A program made the position numbers and the translations under genes. From Podarcis erhardii (taxonomy: Eukaryota), in assembly GCA_964252035.1 (NCBI GenBank), contig OZ176202.1: DNA of 64,000 nt; one strand, 5' to 3'. How positions within the stretch are numbered: the stretch's first letter is position 1; each line of letters begins with the position of its first letter. Below, in pieces: positions 12,601 through 24,600 of this stretch. Under the pieces are notes generated by a model. That model had not been told where the DNA came from. It searched no databases and saw nothing but the letters and a program-made list of their open reading frames with translations.

Positions 12601-15600
12601 TCAGTTCTAGTACCTAATTCACACTCCAAGCAATGGGAGTGAATACTTTCAATCCTCTGAATGAATAGTGAACCCATTCTCTATATAACATCAAAATGGC
12701 ACCATTCATTCACAAGAAGGAACTATTAGAAACTTTGCAGGAAACTCGATACCTGCAGAAGTACACTCCACCCCACCCCACCCCAAAAAAAATCTCCAGA
12801 AAAAATTGTAACAGGGAAAACTGAGTGAAGACTGAGCATGCTCAGTGGGCAGAGAGGACTCACAATTAGGAGAGGAAAAATTTAAATGAGGTGATGGAAT
12901 GGAGCAACCTAAAAGAAAGCATGGCTGGCTGGAATTGTGAACAAGAGCACTTGGCAGTGCATTGTTTTGTTGAAGGTCCTACACTATTCCATAAAATAGT
13001 TTATCATATAGTAAGTTCCTGCCCTGACAATAGTGTCTCACCATAACCCTTTGAAAAATGCAAGTTTCCTCACACAAACCTGAGCAGAACAGTCCATGAG
13101 AGATTTGGGCATCTTCTTCTCTTCCACAGACAGTGGCTGCCAGGTCAACCAGCGCTCTGGATTTGTAGTAACGACACTGCTCCAAAACGCTACTAAAGCA
13201 GCATTCACCAGTTCTGACCACATGAGAGAAATTTCTTCTGCAGAGACCTAAAAGCGCAGGACGAAAGTACAGAAGAATTAAAGAGGCTCTCAATGTTTGC
13301 CTCCTCTTTTTTAGCATTCTAATGATGTGTGCACAAGTTTTACGTTTCAGGGACCAACAGTTAAATTTATGTTGATTTGATTTTTTAATTCTTTACATAA
13401 ATTACTCAAAATATGAATGACAAAAAAGAAAATAATGGTGATAATAATAAAGGTAAAAGGACCCCTAACCATTAGGTCCAGTCATGGCCGACTCTGGGGT
13501 TGTGGTGCTCATCTCGCTTTATTGGCCAAGGGAGCCAGCGTACAGCTTCTGGGTCATGTGGCCAGCATGACTAAGCCGCTTCTGGCGAACCAGAGCAGTG
13601 CACGGAAACACCGTTTACCTTCCCGCTGCAGCAGTACCTATTTATCTACTTGCACTTTGACGTGCTTTTGAACTGCTAGGTTGCCAGGAGCAGGGACCGA
13701 GCAACGGGAGCTCATACCATGGCCGGGATTCGAACTGCCGACCTTCTGATCGGCAAGTCCTAGGCTCTGTGGTTTAACCCACAGCGCCACCCACGTCCCT
13801 GATGATAATAATAATAGAGATAAAAAGTACCCAGGTGTTTGACACTGATAATGAGAATGTGGAGAGCACTATAATACAGCCCCCTTTGATATCATATTAC
13901 ATTTTCCCTTGTTTTGTATGTTGCGGGTCTCTGTCCTGGATTGGAGAATACAGTGCCATGTGAATAAAGAAAAGAAAAATGAAAAGGGAAGGGGAGTTTT
14001 CTGAACTTAACACTTGTTCTTACCTTTTGAGAGTCTAACAAGTAATAAAGGCCTCGAAGCTGTTGTGAGGTAGATGGTGTAAACTTAAGGCAGAAAGCAA
14101 TAAATTGTCTTATTTCTGAACATAGGCTTGATTGTTGACTGCTACCATTCCTGAGAAATGAAAAGGCGTGGCTACTGATTGATAGTTTGTATACACACCA
14201 AGGTACAAAAATAATGAAAGGGGGAAGACGCGACATGTCAATTAGAAATTAAAGGAAATTCCCACATTCAAAATCATCCTGGTCCTATCAGAAATGTTCA
14301 GAATGTCTCATAATCCTTTTGAGACATAAATTCTGAAATTCTCCCCCATTTAAAGTTACTTCCATTTCTGTCAGCAGAACTGAGGTTTAAAAACATCTTG
14401 AGACATTCTAGCTCAGAGTGTGCGTTCATGAATTTGCTACCTGACAGAGCCATGGCAAACCACAAGATAAAAAGACTACAAAAGCTTAAGGAAGGCAAAG
14501 GCTGGAAAATCGACCTTACATGAATCCCAGTAACCTTTTGCTCCATCACAGAAAACTTGTCCTCACCTTTGCAAGGAAGCCTCGGCTATACAATCGGTGG
14601 TTAGCTTGTACTGCCAAAGCACAGCTAGATACTCCATTGCAGGCCACAGTTGCACCTTATTGCAGAGCTGAGTTATCAAACTAGAATCCACCTGTTTGCC
14701 TTCAGCAGGCTTTTCTTTGAGAGGCTCAAGCAGGACACCTCCTTCCCTCAGCTTTGACTGCTGGAGATTCACCAGAGCCCATAACTCATCTGAAAGAAAT
14801 AAATAATAGAAATAGCCTGCAACTAAAATCTTGTACCAAAATAAGATTTAAGGCAAAAACAAACTCACTTATCAGCACAAAATATAACAGGGGGGAAAAT
14901 ACAAACCTGGAAAAATGAATTTTATCTGAATTTTTATGTTCATTTGCAGGAAACACGGAAGCTTACTATATGAACATGAAAATATATACTTGAAGCAACC
15001 TGTAGTACAAAAATTATGAGGTGTTCTTCGCTTCACCTGACCACAAATAAATCATTTACCTGAAATGACATCCTTCAAATTATTGGCTCTGAGAACTAGG
15101 CCTTGAGCCTGGAGCAATGCAGTCTTGATTTTCCACTCTGTGGCGGCCATTTTCAGAATACAGACCTCCTTCTGCCATTCGCCATCTCCAATAGTGGGCC
15201 TCAGCTCCTGGACATTAAGTGCTTTGGAAATTTTCCACAACTGAACAGACACATCCACTACTCCTACATCCTGAATAAGTTGAATAAAAATAAAAATGGC
15301 AACTCCCAAATCAATAGATTGAACACTATTTTGTTTTGTTTTACTAAAACACATGATAAGACCACTTATGCTGACCTCTTCTGTAAAGACTGAAGGGGTG
15401 CATATAATTTATATGCATGCAAGCAGCAGTCAACCGTTTAGCCAATTGTGCCAAAGTCCAAAGCATGAGAATGCCCCACACTAAGGGTGCACACTTTGGT
15501 ATGTATGCAGTACTCTGTCTAAGAGAGTGGGTACTTTTGCCTCCAGTTAGTAGAAGCAGTGCTGCAGGACAGGACAGGCAGGCTCAACAGTTTGCTTCAT

Positions 15601-18600
15601 TTCCTAAGCCAGGCCCCATTGGTCTCACAGCTTCTACACAAGCATGCTACTAAAAAATCTGCTGCCTGAGCATTTGTATAGCTGTGCAAGTATATTCAAA
15701 AGCGATATCCTGTACTAGGAACTGCTATCTAGGAACACAGAAAACAAGTCAGCTGATTGGTCCATCTACTGTGTGCACTGAATGGCAGTAAGCTCTCTGG
15801 GTTTTCTGGCAGGAATCTGAAGATTGATCTTGAGAACGTCTGTGCACAAGGCATGCATTCTGGGGAAACCCAACCAGATGGGCAGGCTACAAATAATAAA
15901 TTATGATGAGGATGATGATGGCACTTAACTATGGCTCTCGCTGTAGGGTGTTTAGTAAGTCTGGTCTAACTTTTATTGAAAGGAGAGTATTTATATTTCT
16001 AAATCCATACACTCACTTGATCATCTTCTTAAATATCCATAAGTAGTTCTGTAACTCTGAGACACGAGTTCCTTAAATAACTCTAGATGGGTAGGGTAGC
16101 AGTGTAATACAACAGTTTTTCTAAAATGTAGTACCAAAGAGAAACCTCCATAGAAGTCAACAGTACTCAGTTACATATAAATACATTGCACCTTGAATGG
16201 AAGAGGTCTTCCCCAAAACTTCTGCAGCTTCTTAACACTAGCAGAAACACCAGCAGGATTGGCTAGGCAAGCCTGGATTTGTTGTGAGGCAGACTGAATA
16301 TCCTTGGGCAGCCTTAAAATAAGAGAAGGAATAATTGTTTATACAGAAAACTGAGAAAAGGTAAGATTGGTCATCAAACCATGCATGCAGCCTGGATATA
16401 CAGCAACCTATGGAACCTCATTCCCCCAGTCCGGAGCTTTGCAAACAGTGTGTCACGACACATTAGTGTGTCGGCTGCAGTGTGTCACGCAAACACACCC
16501 CACACTCCTCCTAGGGCTGGAAAGGGGTTAGTTTAACCTCAGGTTTGCTAATAAAACTGAATTATAGATGGTACATAGCCATCTTGATATGATTACCTAC
16601 AGGGAACACTAAGAATACCTCTGTGCAGGGACTTTATACCTGCTAATCCCAGGATATAGAGGCAACATAATAAAACCTTAAACCTTAAAAAGCTTCCCTA
16701 TAGAAGGCTGCCTTCAGATTTAATGCATTGGTGTACAAGCTAAAGACAACATACTTCTGCTGCTCGTATGTGCTCAGCAACTTAGTTGTCCTGCTGATTA
16801 AATGTTTCACAACCCAGTGCCAGTGAAGAGACAGGAGTGCCAAGCCAGAGGAATCCACAGCAACCATGTCCGATATCGTCCAAAACCTGTCACGCCACAA
16901 TAAGCAGTGCAGTATCTAGAGGCAAGCCAGAAAAAAAATGAGTCTTCCATCCCATGATGCACACAGTAATACTTTTTCAGGTGGAGAACACTGTTCTTTT
17001 ATCATTAGGAATTGACACACGTCTTAAATCCAAAAGGGCCTTGTTTGAGCAGAAAGACACCTTCATTCCTGAGACTTTACGTCTGAGACGGAAAAGGTGC
17101 AAGTCTAGGATAACACAAGCTGCTAGGCAAAAATTGCACCTTCCAACCTTTGGTGTCTCAGGAGGGTAACCTCTTGCACTTCACCCACTGAGCTATGAGC
17201 CTGAAGTAGACTCCCTGTGGTCATTGCTCAGAGTATCTCTTAAGGCAGCTTCCATGACCCATCCAGGCTGTGCTCCAGAAAACAACAGCTTTCTGGAAAC
17301 AGATTTCTCTGATCTAACATCCTAAATTACAGTAGATCAGAAAAACAGAAAGCTGGAGCATGGGAAGTAGCACTCAAGTTCTTGCAGTTTAGCTTATCCT
17401 TTGGCATGAAGATGATTAGCTTTCCATTTCTGCAATCATTCATGGATCCTTGGCTTCGTTCTGGCATGTACGTATCTTTACAGGGGCACACTATTTCCCT
17501 ACAGTTCAAACTAGGCAAAACCTTTATCAGTTTTAGACGAGCTCTTATTCCTAAGTCAGAGGAATCTCTTGAATGTGACTGACCACTTTGCCCGATCCTC
17601 CAAGCAACTGGAAAAGACAGGTGGATTTCATGTCCTCTTTCCAGGTTTCCACTTTCAAACAAAATGGTATGACAAAAAAATCAGAGACCGTAACACAGGG
17701 AAAGTAAGTGGACAGCTCCTAAAGTCCAAGTAATGGGTGACCCTAGATGTTTGTATGGTCTACTTACTTCATACATTTTTTCATCAGACACAGACCCTTG
17801 AGTAGACTTCACCCAGTTCAGCACGAAGGCATCCCAAAGTTCAAAAAAGCCTGCGAGGTTCACCACAATAGCATGTGGCAGTGAGCTGTGGCTGCCGGGA
17901 TCTTCATTTCAAGAATAAAATTAAACCAAAAGATAATGCAGAAAATTAAACCAAAAGAAAATGCAGAACTGTATCCAAGCACTGTGCTACAAAAACAACA
18001 TCAATGATTCATTTAAGTAATTTTTAAATGGAAACACAATAGATACCTTTATGGAACTCCAGTGACATCCTCAAAGCACTAGTTCTTGGCTTTTTGGTAT
18101 TAATCAAGCTCCTTTCAACGTAGCTCTTTTTTTCACGGTCCAGAAACAGTATTGCCCTGTAATCACAACACAACAAACCCACACGGTTATCATTTAAGAT
18201 ATCTGAGAAGCAGAGCTCAGATGGTATCTGAAATAAGTGACTCTGAGGAATAATAGCTAAGAACCATTTATAAGATTGTTTTGTTAATACACAATAAAAA
18301 GTTATAAAAGAACAAGAAGCGTTTGTGTGGTGATCTGAAGAGGACAACGACCAGGCCTGACATACAATTTGCCTTTCAAAAGAAAACAGAGCCAGGGATT
18401 GATTGATTGGTTGGTTGGTTGGTTGGTTGGTTGGTTGTTGTTTTTAGCAGTTTAAGCAGGGGTAATCTGTGACAATTATAGACTATCAACCAACTTAAAA
18501 AGGGAAAGACATTATTATAGAACGTGGAAATGACAAACTACCGTATTTTTCGCCCTATAAGACGCACTTTTCCCCCTCCAAAAATGAAGGGGAAATGTGT

Positions 18601-21600
18601 GTGCGTCTTATGGGGCGAGTGCAGGCTCCTTGGCTTCAGCGATAGCAACGCGAAGCCTCTGAAGCCTGCGCTCCGGAGGCTTCGCGTTGCTTCTGCTGAA
18701 GCCAGGAGAGTCTGCTCTTTGAGGCTGGTGGTGGGGGAAAGCAGCGCTTCCCCCATCGCCAGCCCCAGAGGATGGGGGGCAGTGGGAAGGCGCGCGAAGC
18801 CTTCCTGCTACTCTCCAACCCGGCTTGGAGGCTGGCGGTGGGGAAAGCAGCGCTTCCCCCATGGCCAGCCCCAGAGGATGGGGGGCAGTGGGAAGGCGCG
18901 CGAAGCCTTCCTGCTACTCTCCAACCCGGCTTGGAGGCTGGCGGTGGGGAAAGCAGGCTTTTCCCCAAGGAGGGAGAAGGGACGGACTGGCAGAGTCCGT
19001 CCCTTCTCCCTCCTGTGGGCTTTTGCGGGAGTTGGGGGAATTCCCCCACCTCCCGCAAAAGCAGGCAAAAGCCGGGCGCTCTTTAAAGCGGCTGTGTAGC
19101 TTCTGCTGGCTTTTCTAGGAGGTGGGGGAATTCCCCCACCTCGTAGAAAAGCCCGTAGGAGCCGCGCAGCCTTTAAAGAGTGTGCCGCTCTTGGGGGCTT
19201 TTCCCCAAGGAGGGAGAAGGAACTGACTGGCCGTTTCAGTCCCTTCTCCCTCCTGGTCGAAAAGCCCGCAGGAGTCGCGTGCGGCTCCTGTGGGTTTTTG
19301 CAGGAGGTGGGGGAATTACGCCACCTCCCGCAAAAGCAGGAAGAAGGTCTTGGAGTAGTGCACATGCTGTGTGCAGCCTGTCCGCTGCTCCCAGAGCTGC
19401 GGGGGGAGGGGGGAATCATATTTTTTTCCTTGATTTCCCCCCCTGAAAACTAGGTGCGTCCTATGGGCCGGTGCGTCCTATAGGGTGAAAAATACGGTTA
19501 CTTTTCTAATCAAAATAACAGAACGAAGGTGGATACCAATTGGTCCTCCACATGTTGCTGGAACTACGACACCCATCATGCCTGGCCATTGGCCATGATG
19601 GCTGAAGCATATGGGGAGAGTTGGGAGACCAAAAACATCTGAAGGGTCACAGGGTTTCCCCATCCCGGATATAGCACACGTGTGATGAACTCACCGATTT
19701 GAGAGTGATTTCAGCAGGATAAGCAGCTGATCTGAGTGTTCTTCTGCTTCAAAATCCACTGAATTGCTAATGATATCCAAACACTGCATGTTCCATCTGG
19801 GATCCATAGGAATCACATGCTCGTCTGTTTGGATAGATGAACAACAAGGAAAACTCACATTTGTTTTCATTACAGTGGTACCTCAGGTTACATATGCTTC
19901 AGGTTACAGACTCTGCTAGTGCTTCAGGTTAAGAACTTTGCTTCAGGATGAGAACAGAAATTCTGCTCTGGTGGCGCGGCAGCAACAGGAGGCCCCATTA
20001 GCTAAAGTGGTGCTTCAGGTTAAGAACAGTTTCAGGTTAAGAACAGACCTCTGGAATGAATTAAGTACTTAACCTGAGGTACCACTGTATAAACATTTTC
20101 CAACTCCCTCAATCCAAGAAACAAAGCGAGCAATATGCATCAGCATGAACAGGATGCAAGACACCTAACACATGTTCACTGCGTAAAGGAGATGAGATTG
20201 TTTAAATGGGAACAAACCTGCGGTAGGTTCCAATATGCAATTTATTGCACCTTATTTTATGCGGAGTAGCATTTTCTAAGCCCAATGAAAGGTGTGTTTT
20301 TTTAAAAAACAAAACACAGCCCACTCAGTTCTGTTGCAAGCTACGTTTCACTCCCCATAACCTCATCAATATCACAAATCAATCTTCACTGCATCAAAAA
20401 CGCAGGAAGAGAATACACACTCGCAGCCAAGAGAGAAATAAGACATCTTACCGGTCATATTTGGTTGCAGCAACTTTATTACATTACTGATCGCACCTGA
20501 GAGGGGACTGAAGTAAAAATTATTCAGGGATGCTGCACCGGCTTCCAGCTGAGTATAAACTGAATCTGTAGAAACAAGACGACCTGTGAATTCATGCCTT
20601 TCTAAGCTTATTATTTTTATTTCTAGGCTGGTAAGAATTCTTACTCATTCTTACTCGCCCTTCATCGTCAGGGCAGGTTGCAGCAGTATACTGCACAATG
20701 ATGAAAACAGACAGAGCCATTACAATTATAAAACGAGTGAAGCGAAACAGAACAGTGTAATTTCAATTAAACATGCTGGGTCCCACGAATCAAAACACAT
20801 GGACTGCCAAAGGATTCCGCTGCGATCCAATCCCAAAGCCCCTTCCACCCCATGCATAAGGACCAAGAACTCCTGTGCATATATGGGAGGGGGGGGCTAC
20901 TTCCTATTAGCTGCAGCTCCTTACACATCAGGTGACGCGCTGAAAGTCCAGCAACCTGAATGAGTGGGGTATTCATGGGGCAGCTGTGAGAAGAAAGCCA
21001 ACCCCTGCGGAGAATGCAGTCAATTAATCAAGATAAAGCTGAATTGGTATCAACATATGAAATCAGTTGTGAGCTAGGGAAACCCAGCCAGATGGGTATG
21101 GTTATTATTATCAGAGGCCAAGAAGAAGCTGCCAAGAAATTCCAGTTTTGGGGTTGAGAGTCTAATCAATTTTTAATTTTTTTTGGCCATGAGACACTAT
21201 TTCCTTTCACTCACTCACTGCACACACTATTCTGGTGACGCTGTGCTTTTGACTTCCTCCATCTCTCTACATTTACTTACAAAACTCAAGCTTAGGATCG
21301 TGCTGCATGATTCTCTTCCACCACCACAAAAATTCAGATTAGTCTTGCTTAAGCAGCAAGAGTCAGCACTTACCAGGCACTTGTGGCAAATTCTTTTTTA
21401 ACTGATTAAGCCACCCAACTCTCAACGTCCAGTCTTGATTCGTTGCTTTCTCTATGAATAACTTAACGGCTGCAGAAAGGACCTCCATGCCGTCTGCCCA
21501 AGAGGCACTAGCTTCCACTGCACCAAATTTGAGGCAATCTGGATTAGGAGAGTGCAGGATTTTCTCAAAGTCATGTATAGTGAGAGGCAGCATCCTGAAA

Positions 21601-24600
21601 CGAGAGGTCATTGTAAGAAGATCATACCTATGCAAAGAACAAACCATCTATACAATTTCCAAAGGCCTAGAGGAGATTTAACCTCTAAACATGTTAGATG
21701 TAACCATGGTGTGCTGCCTTAACCCTGAGTAAAATCCCAGCTGGACACTGAAACCATGCTTTCAAACTATTGCCACGTCCAGAATTGACGCTTTACAGTA
21801 TTCCATTTTCCCAACATGCACTATTAAAAAATGTGGTGACACCCACATTTTATGTGATCTTTCACATGATGTAAGACATATCTGGAAATCTGTGGGACCT
21901 AATGGAAGTTCAATGCTCATTTCCATGTTAACTGCTTCCAGAAAAACAACAGCAACTGTGCACCACCCCATTAACCTGGAATATCTCAGTAGTTTTGAGC
22001 TGTAATTTCCCTGCCGTTTTCATGTGATGAAATCTAGGAGAGTAGGTAGTCCATCATACAGTTCCCCTCCCCCCAACATTTTCATGGGTGAACAATGGGG
22101 GAACTGAAGCATGTATGCATATAGAGGGGGGTGAAATGCCCAATGACACCCGTCACGTCACGCCCACTGGTGAGAATGACTTTTAGCATGACATGGTGGT
22201 ATATCCATCAAAAAGCCACGGTTCCATAACGCAACAGGTAATGCAGTGTGAAAGGAATGTTAGAAACCGGTAGAGCAGGGCTAGCATTATAACCAAAATA
22301 GCAACACAATAAACCCCACATTTGAAAGCAGCTTAAGCTTCGCAGGTATAGGGAATGAGAGCTGCTTGCTACCTTGTAAACAAAGAGAGTGGAGGCAGGA
22401 AAACGGCCTTAACTATGGTAGCCCAGTGCAGATGTAACTGCTAACGTTGCTCACTTATTTACATAGAGGGGCAGGCAAAAGGCTGCTCACCAATTAACCT
22501 GGAACAGTTCACTCTTATATTTCCAGAGGGATAGCAACACCTTGTGCTCACCTGCTGTTTCTCAGATTCAGCCTGTTCAGGCAGTAAGCCAGGATCTGGC
22601 CATCGTGATGAACCATTGAAAGCAGAGAGTCTTCAGCTGCAAACAAAGCACTGGATGCAGAATCTGGCCACAATCCTAAGGCAAGGAGGGAAGCACCCCT
22701 CGTTTCCTCTGAATCCAAGACTGAAACGTGCTTCATTATCAAGTCCAGCATATGCTAGTATATCAGGAGAGACAAAGGGTTGCGATTAAGTTCTTCAACT
22801 GGGAAAAACAACAACAGTAGTCTTCTTTCTGTAACATTTTTCTCAAGGCATGGAAAACAATTATAATGTAGCAGTTAGTTTGAAAAGATAGATATATACA
22901 TGGTCTCTAATTCTTGATTGCTCAGACTTTGAACTGTCTCTCACTGATTTTGCAAAAGTTGACTCTCTAGCACAAACACTTGATGAGCACATTTCCAACG
23001 GAGGAAGACTTACCTTTTGATTGTCTCCTGACTGTTGTGAACTGACGTAGATGTCCCAACACGCTTTATAGAAGCTCTTTGCTAAACCGAATCCTCGGCG
23101 CAACTGCTGCACGATCAGCGTTGCAGCATTAATCAAAGCAGATAGAGTGTAAGAGGAACCTGAGAAGGAAAAATTAACATTACAACCCACCAAGCACCTT
23201 TGTAGAATGCCTAGGAATTTAGCCCCCCCCCTTTTTTTTGCTTTCCCCCTTTTTCAAACCACCTACCTGAGCTAACTTCCGTATTATAAATCTGAAATCA
23301 TAATCAAAATTTCCCAATTCATTCTCTCTCTCAGATGGTCTCTAACACAATCACTAAATAGAAGTTATTCTCTTTAGCGCTTGCCAAGTTTATTATGCAT
23401 GCTGATCTCACCTGCTATGCTTTCCTTAGCTTCTGTATGCACAGCCATGAGCTCATCACATATGCTGCTTCCAAACAAGCCTATTCCATGAAGCAGCAGC
23501 TTCACATCGTGAAGATCCAATGAATCACTCTCTCCAGGAACGTAGATCTCAATTCCACGATTCCGCATGGCTCGGGATATTTCACCATGTGATGGATCCA
23601 TCGAAAGGAAAAGCCTTTTTAAGTTTCAATACACATAAGAGAGTATGGTTATTTAAGTTACCCATCCAGTATGTAATCTTACACTGCTGCTCCTGGGATG
23701 GAGTGAGCGAGGAAGAGGTCACACTACAGCATTGCAATTAGGCACTTGCCTGCAATGTTTAGCGATCAAGGTTATCACCTTGATAAGAGCAATACCAACA
23801 GTACATTTCTAAGCTGAGTTTCTATTAGAGGGGTACTTGGTTTGTCTGGCTCTTCCCTATGCACAAAGTTTTTTTAAAAAAATGCTTATTGCACCCCTGA
23901 ACTGCCTCCTCTCCACCACCAGGGAACTCTGCCTTGGCAGAAAAGGGAACTAACCACACTGTTCTACTGTCTTGGCTAGGTGAACACAGAGGCATGTTGT
24001 GGCTGCTACTTTCATGGCTTCCTCCTCTCCTTATCCTACTTAGAATCAAAGAATTTGTAGAGTTGGAAAGGACCCTGAGGATCATTGATTCCAGCCCCCT
24101 GCAGTGAAGGAATATGCAACTGTCCCTATACTGTCCCTATAAAGCCTGCAACCTTGGCATTATCAACACCGCACTCTAACCAACCAACCTCCCCAACCTG
24201 CTTTATTAAACTTGCTGGACACCCAAATAGCAAATGCTCTCTAGGCTTTATACAGAAAAGGAGGAAATGATTTTTTAAAAAACACAAGAATCCAGTAACA
24301 ATCTAAAGGCAATAATTAAGCAGAGAATGAAAACGTATGTGTGCGTGCGTGCCTGCATATACACATGCAGTTCAGAGAAGGTGGAGAGACTAGCATTCGT
24401 GCATCACACAGCTTTGCTGCCCAGCAAAGGAAGAAAAATGACCATGTTGAAAAAAAAGGGGGGGGTGCTAAGAGAAAACTATCAAGCAATACATTACTTT
24501 GTTGACCCAGCTGAGCGATGATCAAACCTACACTTATTTTCAAGGCTGCAGTAGTGATACCTTAAAGAGACGGTGTTCCCACCCCAATGCCTACTGCAAC

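Noticed and set aside
12831-12846. 16-bp perfect palindrome ACTGAGCATGCTCAGT
   Set aside because: Isolated, probably a remnant of a degraded MITE, with no supporting boundaries.
16432-16563. hAT-like fragment (also 31157-31225)
   Set aside because: Only one terminus is recognisable and there is no TSD, so it is too weak to annotate.
430-18046. GTATC donors after exons 52 and 73 as U12-type introns
   Set aside because: They read GTATCTAT and GTATCTGG, not the U12 consensus GTATCCTT.
18721-18956. CRISPR-like regularly spaced repeats
   Set aside because: Vertebrate intron; units are head-to-tail with no unique spacers and there are no cas genes.
18524-19446. Cluster of overlapping 60-203 aa ORFs on both strands
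   Set aside because: They arise from GC-rich tandem and palindromic repeats inside a MITE. The translations are repetitive and show no transposase motifs.
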